A DNA stretch of 64,000 nucleotides, taken from positions 1,492,360 to 1,556,359 of the forward strand of contig ML992504.1 of assembly GCA_010093995.1 (NCBI GenBank), given 5' to 3'. Source of the stretch: Elsinoe ampelina (lineage: Eukaryota). A program made the position numbers and the translations under genes. Shown here piece after piece: positions 19,597 to 30,328 of the stretch (position 1 is the stretch's first letter; the number at the start of each line of letters is the position of its first letter). Under the pieces are notes generated by a model, which was not told the DNA's origin, did not search any database, and saw only the letters and a program-made list of their open reading frames with translations.

Positions 19597-20908
19597 TCAG
19601 GCCTGAAGACCCTGTAGGCGCTCCCCAAGCAGATCGACGTCCTCGTTCTCGATCCCACGCAATGCAATGCCGTCACATGTGCCTTCCCCGTCAAAGGTCG
19701 CACCAATTAATTTTGAGCATACCCATTCCGCAGTTTGAGCATGCAGGTCAGGCGGCTGCAACGCCTCTGTATCGCCTTGGATATCCCCTCCGTATATCTT
19801 ACTCCTTCCATCAGCAAGTGACTGGAATATCACTAGTTGGTCTCGCATGTGCTTGTCAACGTAAGCTCCTGATGCCCATTGGCGGGCGAGGTCTTCTACG
19901 ACGCCTTTGATCATGTCGCCTATAGCTTCTTCGTGAGACCGGAGCTTTCGATCATACAACCAATCCGCTCCGAGCCTGTACTGATAATTTCCAGGGTCGC
20001 TGGGAACAGTTGCAACCAGGATAATATATAGCCGTTTGTCATGGCCGCTATCCTCACACGATATCGATACAAGGCTGGTGGCATCACCAGACGCGATCGT
20101 GAAGGCTTTCTGAATAGCTGGTGTCAAGTCGGTCCGACACTGCTGCATGCACCGTTTGGGTACGATACAAGTTGCCCGTATCTTGGTAGGCTGTCTTGTT
20201 TGAACATCTGGATCCATAGGACACAGGTTGAATACAGGACATGACGCCAATTGCGCAGGCTTGAGCTCCATCGTAAAGTGTCCTATTGTCGCTGGACCGT
20301 GTGTCCAGCCTCTCTCGTGTAATTTGACTGCCATGTCCATCCTCGTGATATGTCGGAGGGTTGGAAGAAGGACTTGATCGACGTATTCGAAAGACAGAGA
20401 TGCTGGCACATTGGTGCCGCCGCTGAAATTGAGTCTGATTGTTGAAGTCTTCGGCACCAGATCAGAGAAAAGAACAAAAGGTAGAATAGCCTGAAGCGCA
20501 AGTGTCGTTGAGCCTGCACTCCCTATGCTCACGTGTGTCTCGATGATTTCCTGACCATTGGAGGCATTGGCTTGTGTCCAGACGGGTTCCAACCCACGCT
20601 TCATCTTTCCTGGGCGGAATTGTAGAGTCTTACTGCCTTTATTGTCGCCGTCGACCTTGGCAGCACATGCTCGCTGCAGCCAGTGCACGCAAGTGAGGTG
20701 TTGACTTCAGAAAGGAAGAGGTCTCGTCAGCATGTGACGGCTATGTGCGATGCATGTGAACTCACGCTTTTAACCCACCTCCGCCAGCCCTGTTGCCTCT
20801 GACATCGTCTATCCTGATGGCTTTGCCGGTCAAGGCAGACAAGCAAATTGCTGTACGCACAAGCTGACCTCCGCCTTCAAATGTCTTGCCATCAAATTGA
20901 ACGACCAT
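19597..20908 (-). CDS. rtcA: RNA 3'-terminal phosphate cyclase (RtcA class), complement(join(19597..20704,20766..20908))
   Basis: DGKTFEGGGQLVR.A..LSALTG, RGNR..GGLKAQHL, AGSTTLALQAILP, GGTNV, VDKHMRDQLVIF and LHAQTA (adenylated His position). One 61-nt intron restores the frame (1251 nt). Confidence 0.88.
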
Positions 20909-21148
20909 GGTCACACGTGATGTACGGAGGTGAATGACAGAAGAATGTTGCACGCCACATATACTTACAGTCAACGGCCTCAATAAAAGCAATCTGATGC
21001 ATAGTTCTTTCTCGACGATGAGTCGACTTGCGGTGACCTGAAAGGCCGAAAGTGATCCAAATTGCCAAGACAACCAAAAGGCAGAGGAGCTTTGACCACT
21101 TCCGCGGCCACGTCACGCGCTGATTGGCTGAAGACCTCGGAGAGCTGT

Positions 21149-21162
21149 AGAAGATTCTGGAC
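21149..21162. promoter_or_regulatory. Heat-shock element-like motif in the shared rtcA/HSP90 promoter
   Basis: aGAAgaTTCtgGAc resembles nGAAnnTTCnnGAAn with one mismatch, ~220 bp upstream of the HSP90 ATG; ATTGG (reverse CCAAT) at ~21123. Confidence 0.5.
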
Positions 21163-21378
21163 ACGTCCTGCAGGAAGCTGAATGGAAAGTCTGAGCTCTG
21201 TACAAATTCTCACCACCGCACCACTTCTCAATTCGCAGCAAACATCTCCACGAATTTGACGAATTAGCATCTCTTGCTTCATCTTCCTTCCATCTCATCA
21301 GTCACGCACTGCTGAAGACTTTCATCTCATCCTACTACTCCTCATCAGAAGAGTCCTTTCACAGTCACAGTCACAATC

Positions 21379-23496
21379 ATGTCGACAGAAACCTTCGAGT
21401 TTCAGGCGGAGATCTCGCAACTCCTGTCCCTCATCATCAACACCGTCTACTCAAACAAGGAGATTTTCCTGCGAGAACTCATCTCCAACGCCTCAGATGC
21501 CCTTGACAAGATCCGCTATGAAGCCCTCTCAGATCCCAGCAAGCTCGACTCTGGCAAAGATCTCAGAATCGATGTCATCCCCGACAAGGAGGGCAAGACT
21601 CTCACAATCCGCGACACGGGTATCGGTATGACCAAGGCTGATCTCGTGAACAACTTGGGTACCATTGCCCGCTCCGGCACCAAGCAGTTCATGGAGGCCT
21701 TGACTGCTGGCGCTGACATTTCCATGATTGGTCAATTCGGTGTCGGTTTCTACTCCGCCTACCTTGTGGCTGACCGTGTCACCGTCATCTCCAAGAACAA
21801 CGACGACGAGCAGTACATCTGGGAGTCGTCCGCTGGTGGTACTTTCACACTCACCACCGACACCGAGGGCGAGCAGCTCGGTCGCGGAACCAAAATCATC
21901 CTTCATCTCAAGGACGAGCAGACCGACTACCTGAACGAGAGCAGGATCAAGGAGGTTGTCAAGAAGCACTCCGAGTTCATCTCCTACCCCATCTACCTCC
22001 ACGTCCTCAAGGAGACCGAGAAGGAGGTGCCTGATGAGGATGCCGAGGAGTCCAAGGTCGAGGAAGATGACGACAAGAAGCCCAAGATCGAGGAGGTAGA
22101 CGATGAGGAGGAAGAAAAGAAGAAGGAGAAGAAGACCAAGAAGGTCAAGGAGAGCAAGATCGAAGAGGAGGAGCTGAACAAGACCAAGCCCATCTGGACT
22201 CGCAACCCTCAAGACATCACCGCCGAGGAGTACGGCTCATTCTACAAGACTCTCTCCAACGACTGGGAGGACCACCTTGCTGTCAAGCACTTCTCCGTTG
22301 AGGGTCAGCTCGAATTCCGCGCCATCCTCTTCGTGCCCAAGCGTGCTCCCTTCGACCTGTTCGAGACCAAGAAGACCAAGAACAACATCAAGCTCTACGT
22401 CCGCCGCGTCTTCATCACCGATGATGCTACCGATCTCGTTCCAGAGTGGCTCAGCTTCGTCAAAGGTGTTGTCGACTCTGAGGATCTCCCTCTCAACTTG
22501 TCCCGTGAGACTCTCCAACAGAACAAGATCATGAAGGTCATCCGCAAGAACATTGTCAAGAAGTCTCTCGAGCTCTTCAACGAGATCGCTGAGGACCGTG
22601 AGAACTTTGACAAGTTCTACACCGCTTTCAGCAAGAACATCAAGCTTGGTATCCACGAGGACTCCCAGAACCGCCAGCAGCTCGCCAAGCTCCTCCGCTA
22701 CAACTCCACCAAATCTGGCGAGGAGACCACCTCCCTCACTGACTATGTCACCCGCATGCCCGAGCACCAGAAGAATATCTACTACATCACTGGCGAGTCC
22801 ACCAAGGCAGTCGTCAAGTCTCCCTTCCTCGACGCGCTCAAGGCCAAGGACTTTGAAGTTCTCTTCCTCGTTGACCCCATTGATGAGTACGCCTGCACTC
22901 AGCTCAAGGAATTCGACGGCAAGAAGCTCGTTGACATCACCAAGGACTTTGAGCTCGAGGAGACTGATGAGGAGAAGAAGGCTCGCGAGGAGGAGGAGAA
23001 GGAGTACGAGAACTTGGCCAAGAGCCTGAAGAACGTCCTCGGCGACAAGGTCGAGAAGGTTGTCGTCTCCCACAAGCTCGTCGGCTCTCCTTGCGCCATC
23101 CGTACCGGCCAGTTCGGTTGGTCCGCCAATATGGAGCGCATCATGAAGGCTCAGGCTCTTCGTGACACCTCCATGTCTTCCTACATGTCCAGCAAGAAGA
23201 CTTTTGAGATCTCCCCCAAGTCTCCCATCATCAAGGAGCTCAAGAAGAAGGTCGAGTCTGATGGCGAGAACGACCGCACTGTCAAGTCGATCACCCAACT
23301 TCTCTACGAGACCTCTCTTCTCGTCTCTGGATTCACCATTGAGGAGCCAGCTCAGTACGCCGAGCGCATCCACAAGCTCGTCTCCCTCGGTCTGAACGTT
23401 GACGAGGACACCGAGACTACCGAGGAGACTGCTGCCGCCGAGGCTGCTCCTGCCGCCGAGGCCACGGGCGAGAGCGCCATGGAGGAGGTCGACTAG
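21379..23496 (+). CDS. HSP90: Cytosolic heat shock protein 90
   Basis: [47 protein letters not shown]-terminal MEEVD; extreme codon bias; intronless 705 aa. Confidence 0.99.
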   Translation: MSTETFEFQAEISQLLSLIINTVYSNKEIFLRELISNASDALDKIRYEALSDPSKLDSGKDLRIDVIPDKEGKTLTIRDTGIGMTKADLVNNLGTIARSGTKQFMEALTAGADISMIGQFGVGFYSAYLVADRVTVISKNNDDEQYIWESSAGGTFTLTTDTEGEQLGRGTKIILHLKDEQTDYLNESRIKEVVKKHSEFISYPIYLHVLKETEKEVPDEDAEESKVEEDDDKKPKIEEVDDEEEEKKKEKKTKKVKESKIEEEELNKTKPIWTRNPQDITAEEYGSFYKTLSNDWEDHLAVKHFSVEGQLEFRAILFVPKRAPFDLFETKKTKNNIKLYVRRVFITDDATDLVPEWLSFVKGVVDSEDLPLNLSRETLQQNKIMKVIRKNIVKKSLELFNEIAEDRENFDKFYTAFSKNIKLGIHEDSQNRQQLAKLLRYNSTKSGEETTSLTDYVTRMPEHQKNIYYITGESTKAVVKSPFLDALKAKDFEVLFLVDPIDEYACTQLKEFDGKKLVDITKDFELEETDEEKKAREEEEKEYENLAKSLKNVLGDKVEKVVVSHKLVGSPCAIRTGQFGWSANMERIMKAQALRDTSMSSYMSSKKTFEISPKSPIIKELKKKVESDGENDRTVKSITQLLYETSLLVSGFTIEEPAQYAERIHKLVSLGLNVDEDTETTEETAAAEAAPAAEATGESAMEEVD

Positions 23497-24226
23497 ACGG
23501 TCACATGGAGAAAGAGCTAGGCGTCTGACGATTCACAGCAGAGTTCATGAGCATGGGAACCGCATAATGCATTTTGCTTTCCGCAGTAGATGAGAGGCAT
23601 GCGTAGTCTGTATTTTTAGATGGATATCCTTGTGGATAATCTCGCAGTGGCAGATGGCAAATAAAAGCTAGTCCATTCTACTTGTCCTCAATCTCGTGAA
23701 CACCGTGGTTTTCTGTGGAAAGGCCGGCACGTCCGTGGCAAGCCATCAATTTATTTGACATTCGGTAGGAGCTGATGAAATTTCCCCACCCATGGTTTCG
23801 GAACAGCAGATTCTTCATCTTCTACTTTCATCTTGTACACCATATTGATCGCAGTCATCGCTTAGAGCAAGACGGTAGCATTCGTTCACTTCATGACGCG
23901 ATTAATCCAACTGCCAGTCTCACATCGGTCCCGTGAACAGTTTGACAAATTCGCGCCGCACGCGGCACGAAATATCCGTCGATCGCCCTACCACCAAATT
24001 CCGGATCTAAAAATCGTCATGAAACCAAACTACTCGCAGATCTGCCTTTTGCAACCGAGGCATCCCCAAATCTGCGGAGCAATCCACGATCCAAGCCCCC
24101 AAACCCATCTCATTTTCCCCGTGTCTGTCCAAACCACAAGTAAGCTTCATCTCCTTCCATCCTCCCTACCTTCTCCCGCCCTTCCCTCCTCCTTCCATCC
24201 TTCCCACCCCCACAACCGTCGCAACC

Positions 24227-25138
24227 ATGAAATCCACCCCCCTGCTCCCCACCGCATCCCTCCTCCTCCTCGCCCCCCTCGCCACCGCCCAAGCCAACGT
24301 CCCCATCACCTGCGTCGCAGGCCTCCACCTCATCATCGCCCGCGCCTCCAACGAGCCCCCGGGGTTCGGCACCCTCGCCCCCGTCAAAGACGCCATCCTC
24401 TCCCGCGTGCCCCAGTCCGACGCCATTTGGGTGCCCTACCCAGCCACCATCACAAACCCGCCCTACACGGAGTCGCAACCACAAGGCGTGGGGAACATCT
24501 CGGCGCTCATCAAGGCGTACGGGGACGCGTGCCCGACGGGCCGCATGGCGTTGCTGGGGTACAGCCAGGGGGCGCACGTCATCGGGGACGCGCTGATCGG
24601 GGGCGACTACGCGAGGTTTCCCGCGTTCGTGAACGGGACCGGCGTCGGGCAGAAGTACCTCGACCAGATCGCCGCGGTGGTCATGATGGGCGACCCGGCG
24701 AACGTGGCGGGGGAGAGTTTCTTGGTGGGCAACTCGACGAGGGATGGCTATTTCCCGAGGAATAACACGGAGAGTTGGGAGAGCACGGGCGTCGGGTATA
24801 AGATGCAGAGTTACTGTGACGCCGAGGATACGTATTGTGATTCGGGGACGTTGGGGAATGCGAGTTTGTTGGTGCATATTGGGTACGTGAGGGAGTACGG
24901 GAGTGTGGCTGCGGATTATGTGGTTGCGAGGGCGCCGAGGACGAGTGGGGGTGGGAATGCCCCGAATGGGACTGCTACTGCGTCGGGCGGGTCGGCGACG
25001 GTGGGGCCTACTGGGACGGGAGCGTCGAGTTCGTCGGGCGTGGCGACGCAGACGGGGAATGCTGCGGTGAAGGTGGTGGGGCTGGCTGGGCCGGCGGTGT
25101 TGGGTGCCATGGGGGCGGCTTTTGCTATGGCTTTGTAG
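24227..25138 (+). CDS. Secreted CE5 esterase (acetylxylan esterase/cutinase family), probably GPI-anchored
   Basis: Signal peptide, ARASNEP, CP...LLGYSQGA nucleophile motif, MGDP, SYCD..D.YC, catalytic-type His in VHIGY; Ser/Thr/Gly linker and hydrophobic C-terminus. Confidence 0.88.
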   Translation: MKSTPLLPTASLLLLAPLATAQANVPITCVAGLHLIIARASNEPPGFGTLAPVKDAILSRVPQSDAIWVPYPATITNPPYTESQPQGVGNISALIKAYGDACPTGRMALLGYSQGAHVIGDALIGGDYARFPAFVNGTGVGQKYLDQIAAVVMMGDPANVAGESFLVGNSTRDGYFPRNNTESWESTGVGYKMQSYCDAEDTYCDSGTLGNASLLVHIGYVREYGSVAADYVVARAPRTSGGGNAPNGTATASGGSATVGPTGTGASSSSGVATQTGNAAVKVVGLAGPAVLGAMGAAFAMAL

Positions 25139-26583
25139 CTTGATTACGTGTTACTCGATGGTAATGCAAAGAAATAACGTTCTTGAAAGAGAGGTATGCT
25201 TCATGTTCTACTTGTGGGTCGAGTGCTCACGCACAGCTTGGCTGAAGTTGTTCGAAATGGGTCCTTGAGTGGAAGCTCCAGATTTTGGCAGTTCTGCAGT
25301 GCTATCACTTTGGAAATGCGCCGGGTTGTGCATGGCTTGAAAAGGACGAACAGGGTACATTCATTCTCAAGAGAGGAGCCGAGATGCGCATATACTGAGA
25401 CGCAGCCTGATTGAGGTACAGACCTGTGTGCAAGGACGAGAGAAGGACCAAGCTCGGTAAGTCAGTCGAGTACCAAGAGCATGCAGTGAGCCCTGCAGCA
25501 TGCCGGCGCCGGTTGACGTGGCGTGATAATGGGCGGGCCTGTTGGAACCCACCAGACTCCTGACTCCATGACACGAATGGACACGGTGATTGCAGCGCGG
25601 CTTATATCCGAAACACCACCTTTCGCGAGTCAAGGTCACGTAAGCGCACGAAGGAGTCCTCAAAAAAGGCATACCGTTTTGGTCGGTGTCAGAGGTGAGG
25701 TCCAGATCGCGTCGTCAGGGCTGCTTCGGTATGCTCGTTTCGAGCTCGATTGGGAAGTATTTGGCGGCGGCAACGGCCGGCGTAGTGCTGTCTGCATGGG
25801 AAGTTTCGTGAGAGGCACGGCTGAGATGGAAGTGATAGTTGGAACGGTCTGTGGTCGTAACTGCTCATGCATGACGCAGGGTCATTGGTGGCTTGTCATG
25901 TGTGACTCGGCTCTACTTTATACGCCCGATTCGACGACGAGGTCGGACAAGGCGCATAGAAGCCACACCGTAGATTTTGTGGCTTGCGAAGGGATGGTTG
26001 AGTATTGACAGTCGAGGAGCAAAAAGTCGATGGAATGAGAAAGCGAAATGGTTGTCGGTACTCGTAGCGATTCGAGGCACCGGCGCGTCCCAGACCGTGC
26101 TTGTACGGTATAGGCCACCCGCAAATAAAGATAGAAATAGGCGCAAGAAATAGGGAAGTGGTAGGAAGGGCTCGGAGAAACGCGGTGCGGTGTTGGATAA
26201 GGTTTCGATGGCGGGGTGTGATTGGGTCGTTGAGATCGAAACGAAAAAGACGTCAAGAGCTGTTGAAACACGGTGCACAATAATCACATGCAGGATAAGC
26301 ATAGGCCGCCCACAATTCTCCTCTCTTTGCAGTGCACAGTCCCCATATACACCCACCGTAGGGCTCGCTTGAGCTCCTGTAGGGTGATGCTCTAGTCCTC
26401 ACGTTGAGAGTCGAAACTCTGAAGTCGATATCTTGATCGCTATCTTCCACCATGGTCATTCACATTCCACGCCGTTAGCTTCAAACGCCGCTACCTCGGT
26501 CTCGCCATTTTCATCCTTCTCCTTGTCATGATTCTTCCCCACGTCGTTAATCGCACCGCGTATGGAAGAAGACACATCTCAGC

Positions 26584-29428
26584 ATGACCCGCGTGAAGCC
26601 TGGAGAAAGGAAAAGGACATATAATCCGAAAGTCAAGACTGGATGTGCTTTGTGCAAGTAAGTATTCATGGGGACCGGCTAGTCGTTAGGGACGGCTCTG
26701 ACAGTGACCAGGAGTGAGCATTTCAAGCTCCGGTCAACCAGGAAAGTAGACTGATGACAATGTGATAGCTCGAAGATTGAAATGCGATGAAGCCAAGCCG
26801 GCATGCATGAGATGTATGTAGCCCTCCTCTGCCACGCCACGAACCTCCACTCTGATCCCCCGCAGGTGTTCGCACCGGCCGAGAGTGTCCCGGCTATGAG
26901 CCTACAGACGTCGCTACCTCTACTCCTTCTACATCTCTGAGACAACGATCTGCATCAGTCACCCCTTCTGTGACCCAAGGAGTCTGGCAAACAGAAACGG
27001 AGTGGCGTGCATTCCAGTACTTCCGCGAATGTACGGCGCACCAATTCCAATCATTCTGGCCGGAGGACATCTGGACAGACTCGATCTCACAGGTAGCTCA
27101 CCAAGAGCCTGGCATTCGCTATGCTTTGCTTGCTCTCGCTGGGTTTCATGAGCGCTATGAGAGAAATGATGGAGTATCGACATTGCCGAATACCATTGCA
27201 TCCAAACACGACTGGGCACTCATTCAATACAATAATGCCATAGGTAGCTTTCTCACTCCTAGGCATGACGGGCCGGTCGATATCAACGTCTATCTCCTCA
27301 GTTGCGTCATTTTCACAGCAATCGAGGTACGTTGCTCTTGCGCGTGAACGCAACACCTTCTAATTCGGCCAGTCAATGCGAGGAAATTCTGCATCCGCCA
27401 TACATCTTGTCAGACAGGGAGTACGTATGCTCAATGAAGCAAAAGCCACTCGTCAAAATGCAGGCGCGCAGAAGTCCCAAGAGTCATCGATCCCATTGAA
27501 AGCCATTGAGAACATCTTCCTGCGATGGGAGATACAAATTCAAGAGGTGAAATGACGCGAATACTAGCTTTCTTTTGAGCTCATACTGACGCGTTTTACA
27601 GCTGATGAGCGACTTGTTTGGCGATAAAGGCTACGATTACAGCTACCAGATCAAAGATGCTGCCAAAGGTCTACCTGGGGCAATCTCCGACCTACCAGAC
27701 ACGAATGAGCAATTACATTTTGGCACTGTACGCGAGGCTCGAGAGGTTCAAGATAGATACTGGCATGGCCTAATCACTCACCTGAATCAGCTGGACCTTC
27801 GGGAAGACGATCAGGTCAATGAAGACCGAGCGAAGGTCTTGGGCGCATACTTTCACATTTCTACAAATCTGGACGTAGCTTTCCAAGATCTTGCGGACAG
27901 GACCTCAGCTTCGGATGCCTCTCCTGCCGATATTCGCGGCATCCAAGTCATGAAAATGTGGCGTCTGGTCTTCCAAGCCAGCCTTGCCAACCCCGACGAG
28001 GAATCTGCACAGTCGCCAGTCGACGCAGACGCTGCGACCACGCTATCACCTCAAGATCAACTCTTTGAAGAGATAGTGGATCTCGCAGAGTCATTACTTC
28101 TCAGCGCATCGCAGACGACGTACAAAAGTGCTGTGCCTCCACCGCCGATCGTGCCGAGCAAGAAGTGGGCATCACTGGCGACTGAAGCGAACAGCCCACC
28201 AAAACATGAGGATCAGACACGGAACGATAGCATTTCAACAACGGACTTGCCAGAGTCTAGGCACGATTCATTGGCTTCTGACACGTCCCGCGCATGCTCG
28301 ACTTCTGCTGATTCCACGCCAGAGGCTTTGTCCACTCCACGACCAAGTCTTCGCCGCCAGCGCTCTAGTCGACAGGCATCCGCGCCTCAATACTTGCCAG
28401 CTACATTTTCACCAGATATCGCTATGCTACCAACACTTTTCGGATCTTTCCTGCGTGGTACTGATGCGGCACTGCGACGGCGTGTCATCAACATCCTCAA
28501 GACATGCCGAAGACAAGAGGGACTCTGGGACTCACGCCTTTTTGCGCGTATATGTGAGCGAATACTCGAGCTTGAAGCAGAGACCGCAGCAGACCGAGCT
28601 GCTGAGCATGCCTCACGAGTCAGCACGACAAATTCGTCCCGAGAGGTCAGTGCCGACGCGGAGGTGCGGGCTGGTGCAGACGTAAACGACGCCAACCCTT
28701 TCCAGACTGTTGATCAGCCAGACCATGACATCGAAATGTACAACGACAGCTTCAATCGCGAAGGTAATGCTTGGTATGAGGATCCGATCAGCCCTGGCCA
28801 CCAACAGACACAACACCGCGGTCTAGGTCTAGACATCCTTTCGGATGACGAAGACGCAATTGACCGTAACAATGCTCCAGACTCGCCAGCCACACCAGAA
28901 GGGGCAATCCCAAACCTCCGAGCCCTAGGTGTCTTCCGCCTTGATCCTCCTGACGTGAGCCCAGCACTTACCGATTCGCCCGATCCCTCACAGCCCATGC
29001 CAAACATGCGCGCTCTCGGCAGCTACAGCCTGGTACCAGACGAAATCGATGAGGATAAGGGTGGTCGAAAGACTAGAAAATCGAAGAGCAGGGAAGCGAG
29101 TCAGGAAGCTGACTTCGGTAACCCGCAGACTGCTCAGTCGTCCACAAACAAGCAGACACGACAGGATTCGCTTGCAATCCGCGCACGCGATGGGGCAAAG
29201 GAAGGCGGGGAGTCGACGCCAACACAAAAGAAGCCACGTCCTGCAGGCTGGGGCAAACGGAACGGAGGCAAGAAAGTCACCGGCGTCAAGATCGGTCTTG
29301 GTGCCGAAGGACTAGGCAGGCAAAGACTACGGATCGGCTTCATCTTTGACGGCGGCAGAGGAGTGAGAGAAGAAGGTCTCGAGGTGACGGAAAATGGAGA
29401 TTGGGTGCTCTCCGGCAAGGAAGAGTAA
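26584..29428 (+). CDS. Zn(II)2Cys6 transcription factor, join(26584..26657,26712..26713,26769..26813,26866..27326,27373..27546,27602..29428)
   Basis: Spliced N-terminus KVKTGCALCKTRRLKCDEAKPACMRCVRTGRECPGY (CX2CX6CX6CX2CX6C); middle region EWRAFQYF...EPGIRYALLALAGFHE and RRQEGLWDS typical of fungal-specific TFs; five 46-55 nt introns with canonical ends. Confidence 0.85.
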
Positions 29429-30089
29429 TTACGGCATCGACATGGCACAGAAGAAATATACGGCGCCCGGGCCAGCTATGCCAGGGCATCAGCGTGTAAG
29501 AGACACAGAGGGAGAGCACAGCATCACGAGCACGACCGCCATTCTACACGACAGCACAGGCGTACCAGCAGGCCAACAGCATGAAAGAGAAAGGGAGAAG
29601 GCATATCATATTACACATCGCATGTCACATTAGCGAACTATTCGACTTCTCTTCTAGCTATGAATTATACACACATACACACTTGATTCTCCAAAGAAAC
29701 CTCGCCCATCTCCACCACCCGCAGTCCTACCAACCACAGCCCTACTACACCCCCCAGCCCCCACCATCCTCACGCAAGGCCCCCCCGAAACACACGATCC
29801 ACAAGCCAAACCTGCACCCGTTGTACGTCGGTTGGGCGCGAAGTAGTTTAACCGTAAACACAACCTCGCAAGGTGTTTCGATCTCAACGGCCGCGTCGTC
29901 AGGGGGGGGAAATCCGAAGCTTCCATCGTCCGGGGACGTTGCGAGGTGGCCTTCCAACAGCAAAAGCAAACACCATGTCGGTCCGGACAAGTTACGCGCG
30001 TATTGGTGTTATCCGGACCGGCGCTGGATGAATAAGAGACTGGGGGTAACTTTTGGGGGAGACTTGTACATGGCGAGATGGGGACGGGG

Positions 30090-30179
30090 NNNNNNNNNNN
30101 NNNNNNNNNNNNNNNNNNNNNNNNNNNNNNNNNNNNNNNNNNNNNNNNNNNNNNNNNNNNNNNNNNNNNNNNNNNNNNN
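30090..30179. other. Assembly gap (90 N)
   Basis: Run of N in the sequence. Confidence 1.
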
Positions 30180-30328
30180 AGGACAGAGGTAGTGTGGCGG
30201 GAGTATTACTATTAGTGGTCACTCTGTACAAGACTTGACTCTGGCTGCCAAAGCACGTTTTGCTTCTCCAATGTTCTGTCTCATGTATATCCGGGACAAA
30301 AGAAATTGCTTCTCTTCCTTCTTGAGGC

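Noticed and set aside
21529..23373. Long antisense ORFs (227 and 378 aa) opposite HSP90
   Set aside because: Expected shadow of extreme codon bias in a highly expressed gene; no recognisable motifs.
23893..24877. Alternative-frame ORFs of 290 and 255 aa over the CE5 gene
   Set aside because: Pro/Arg-rich by-products of GC-rich sequence; the CE5 frame has the signal peptide and catalytic motifs.
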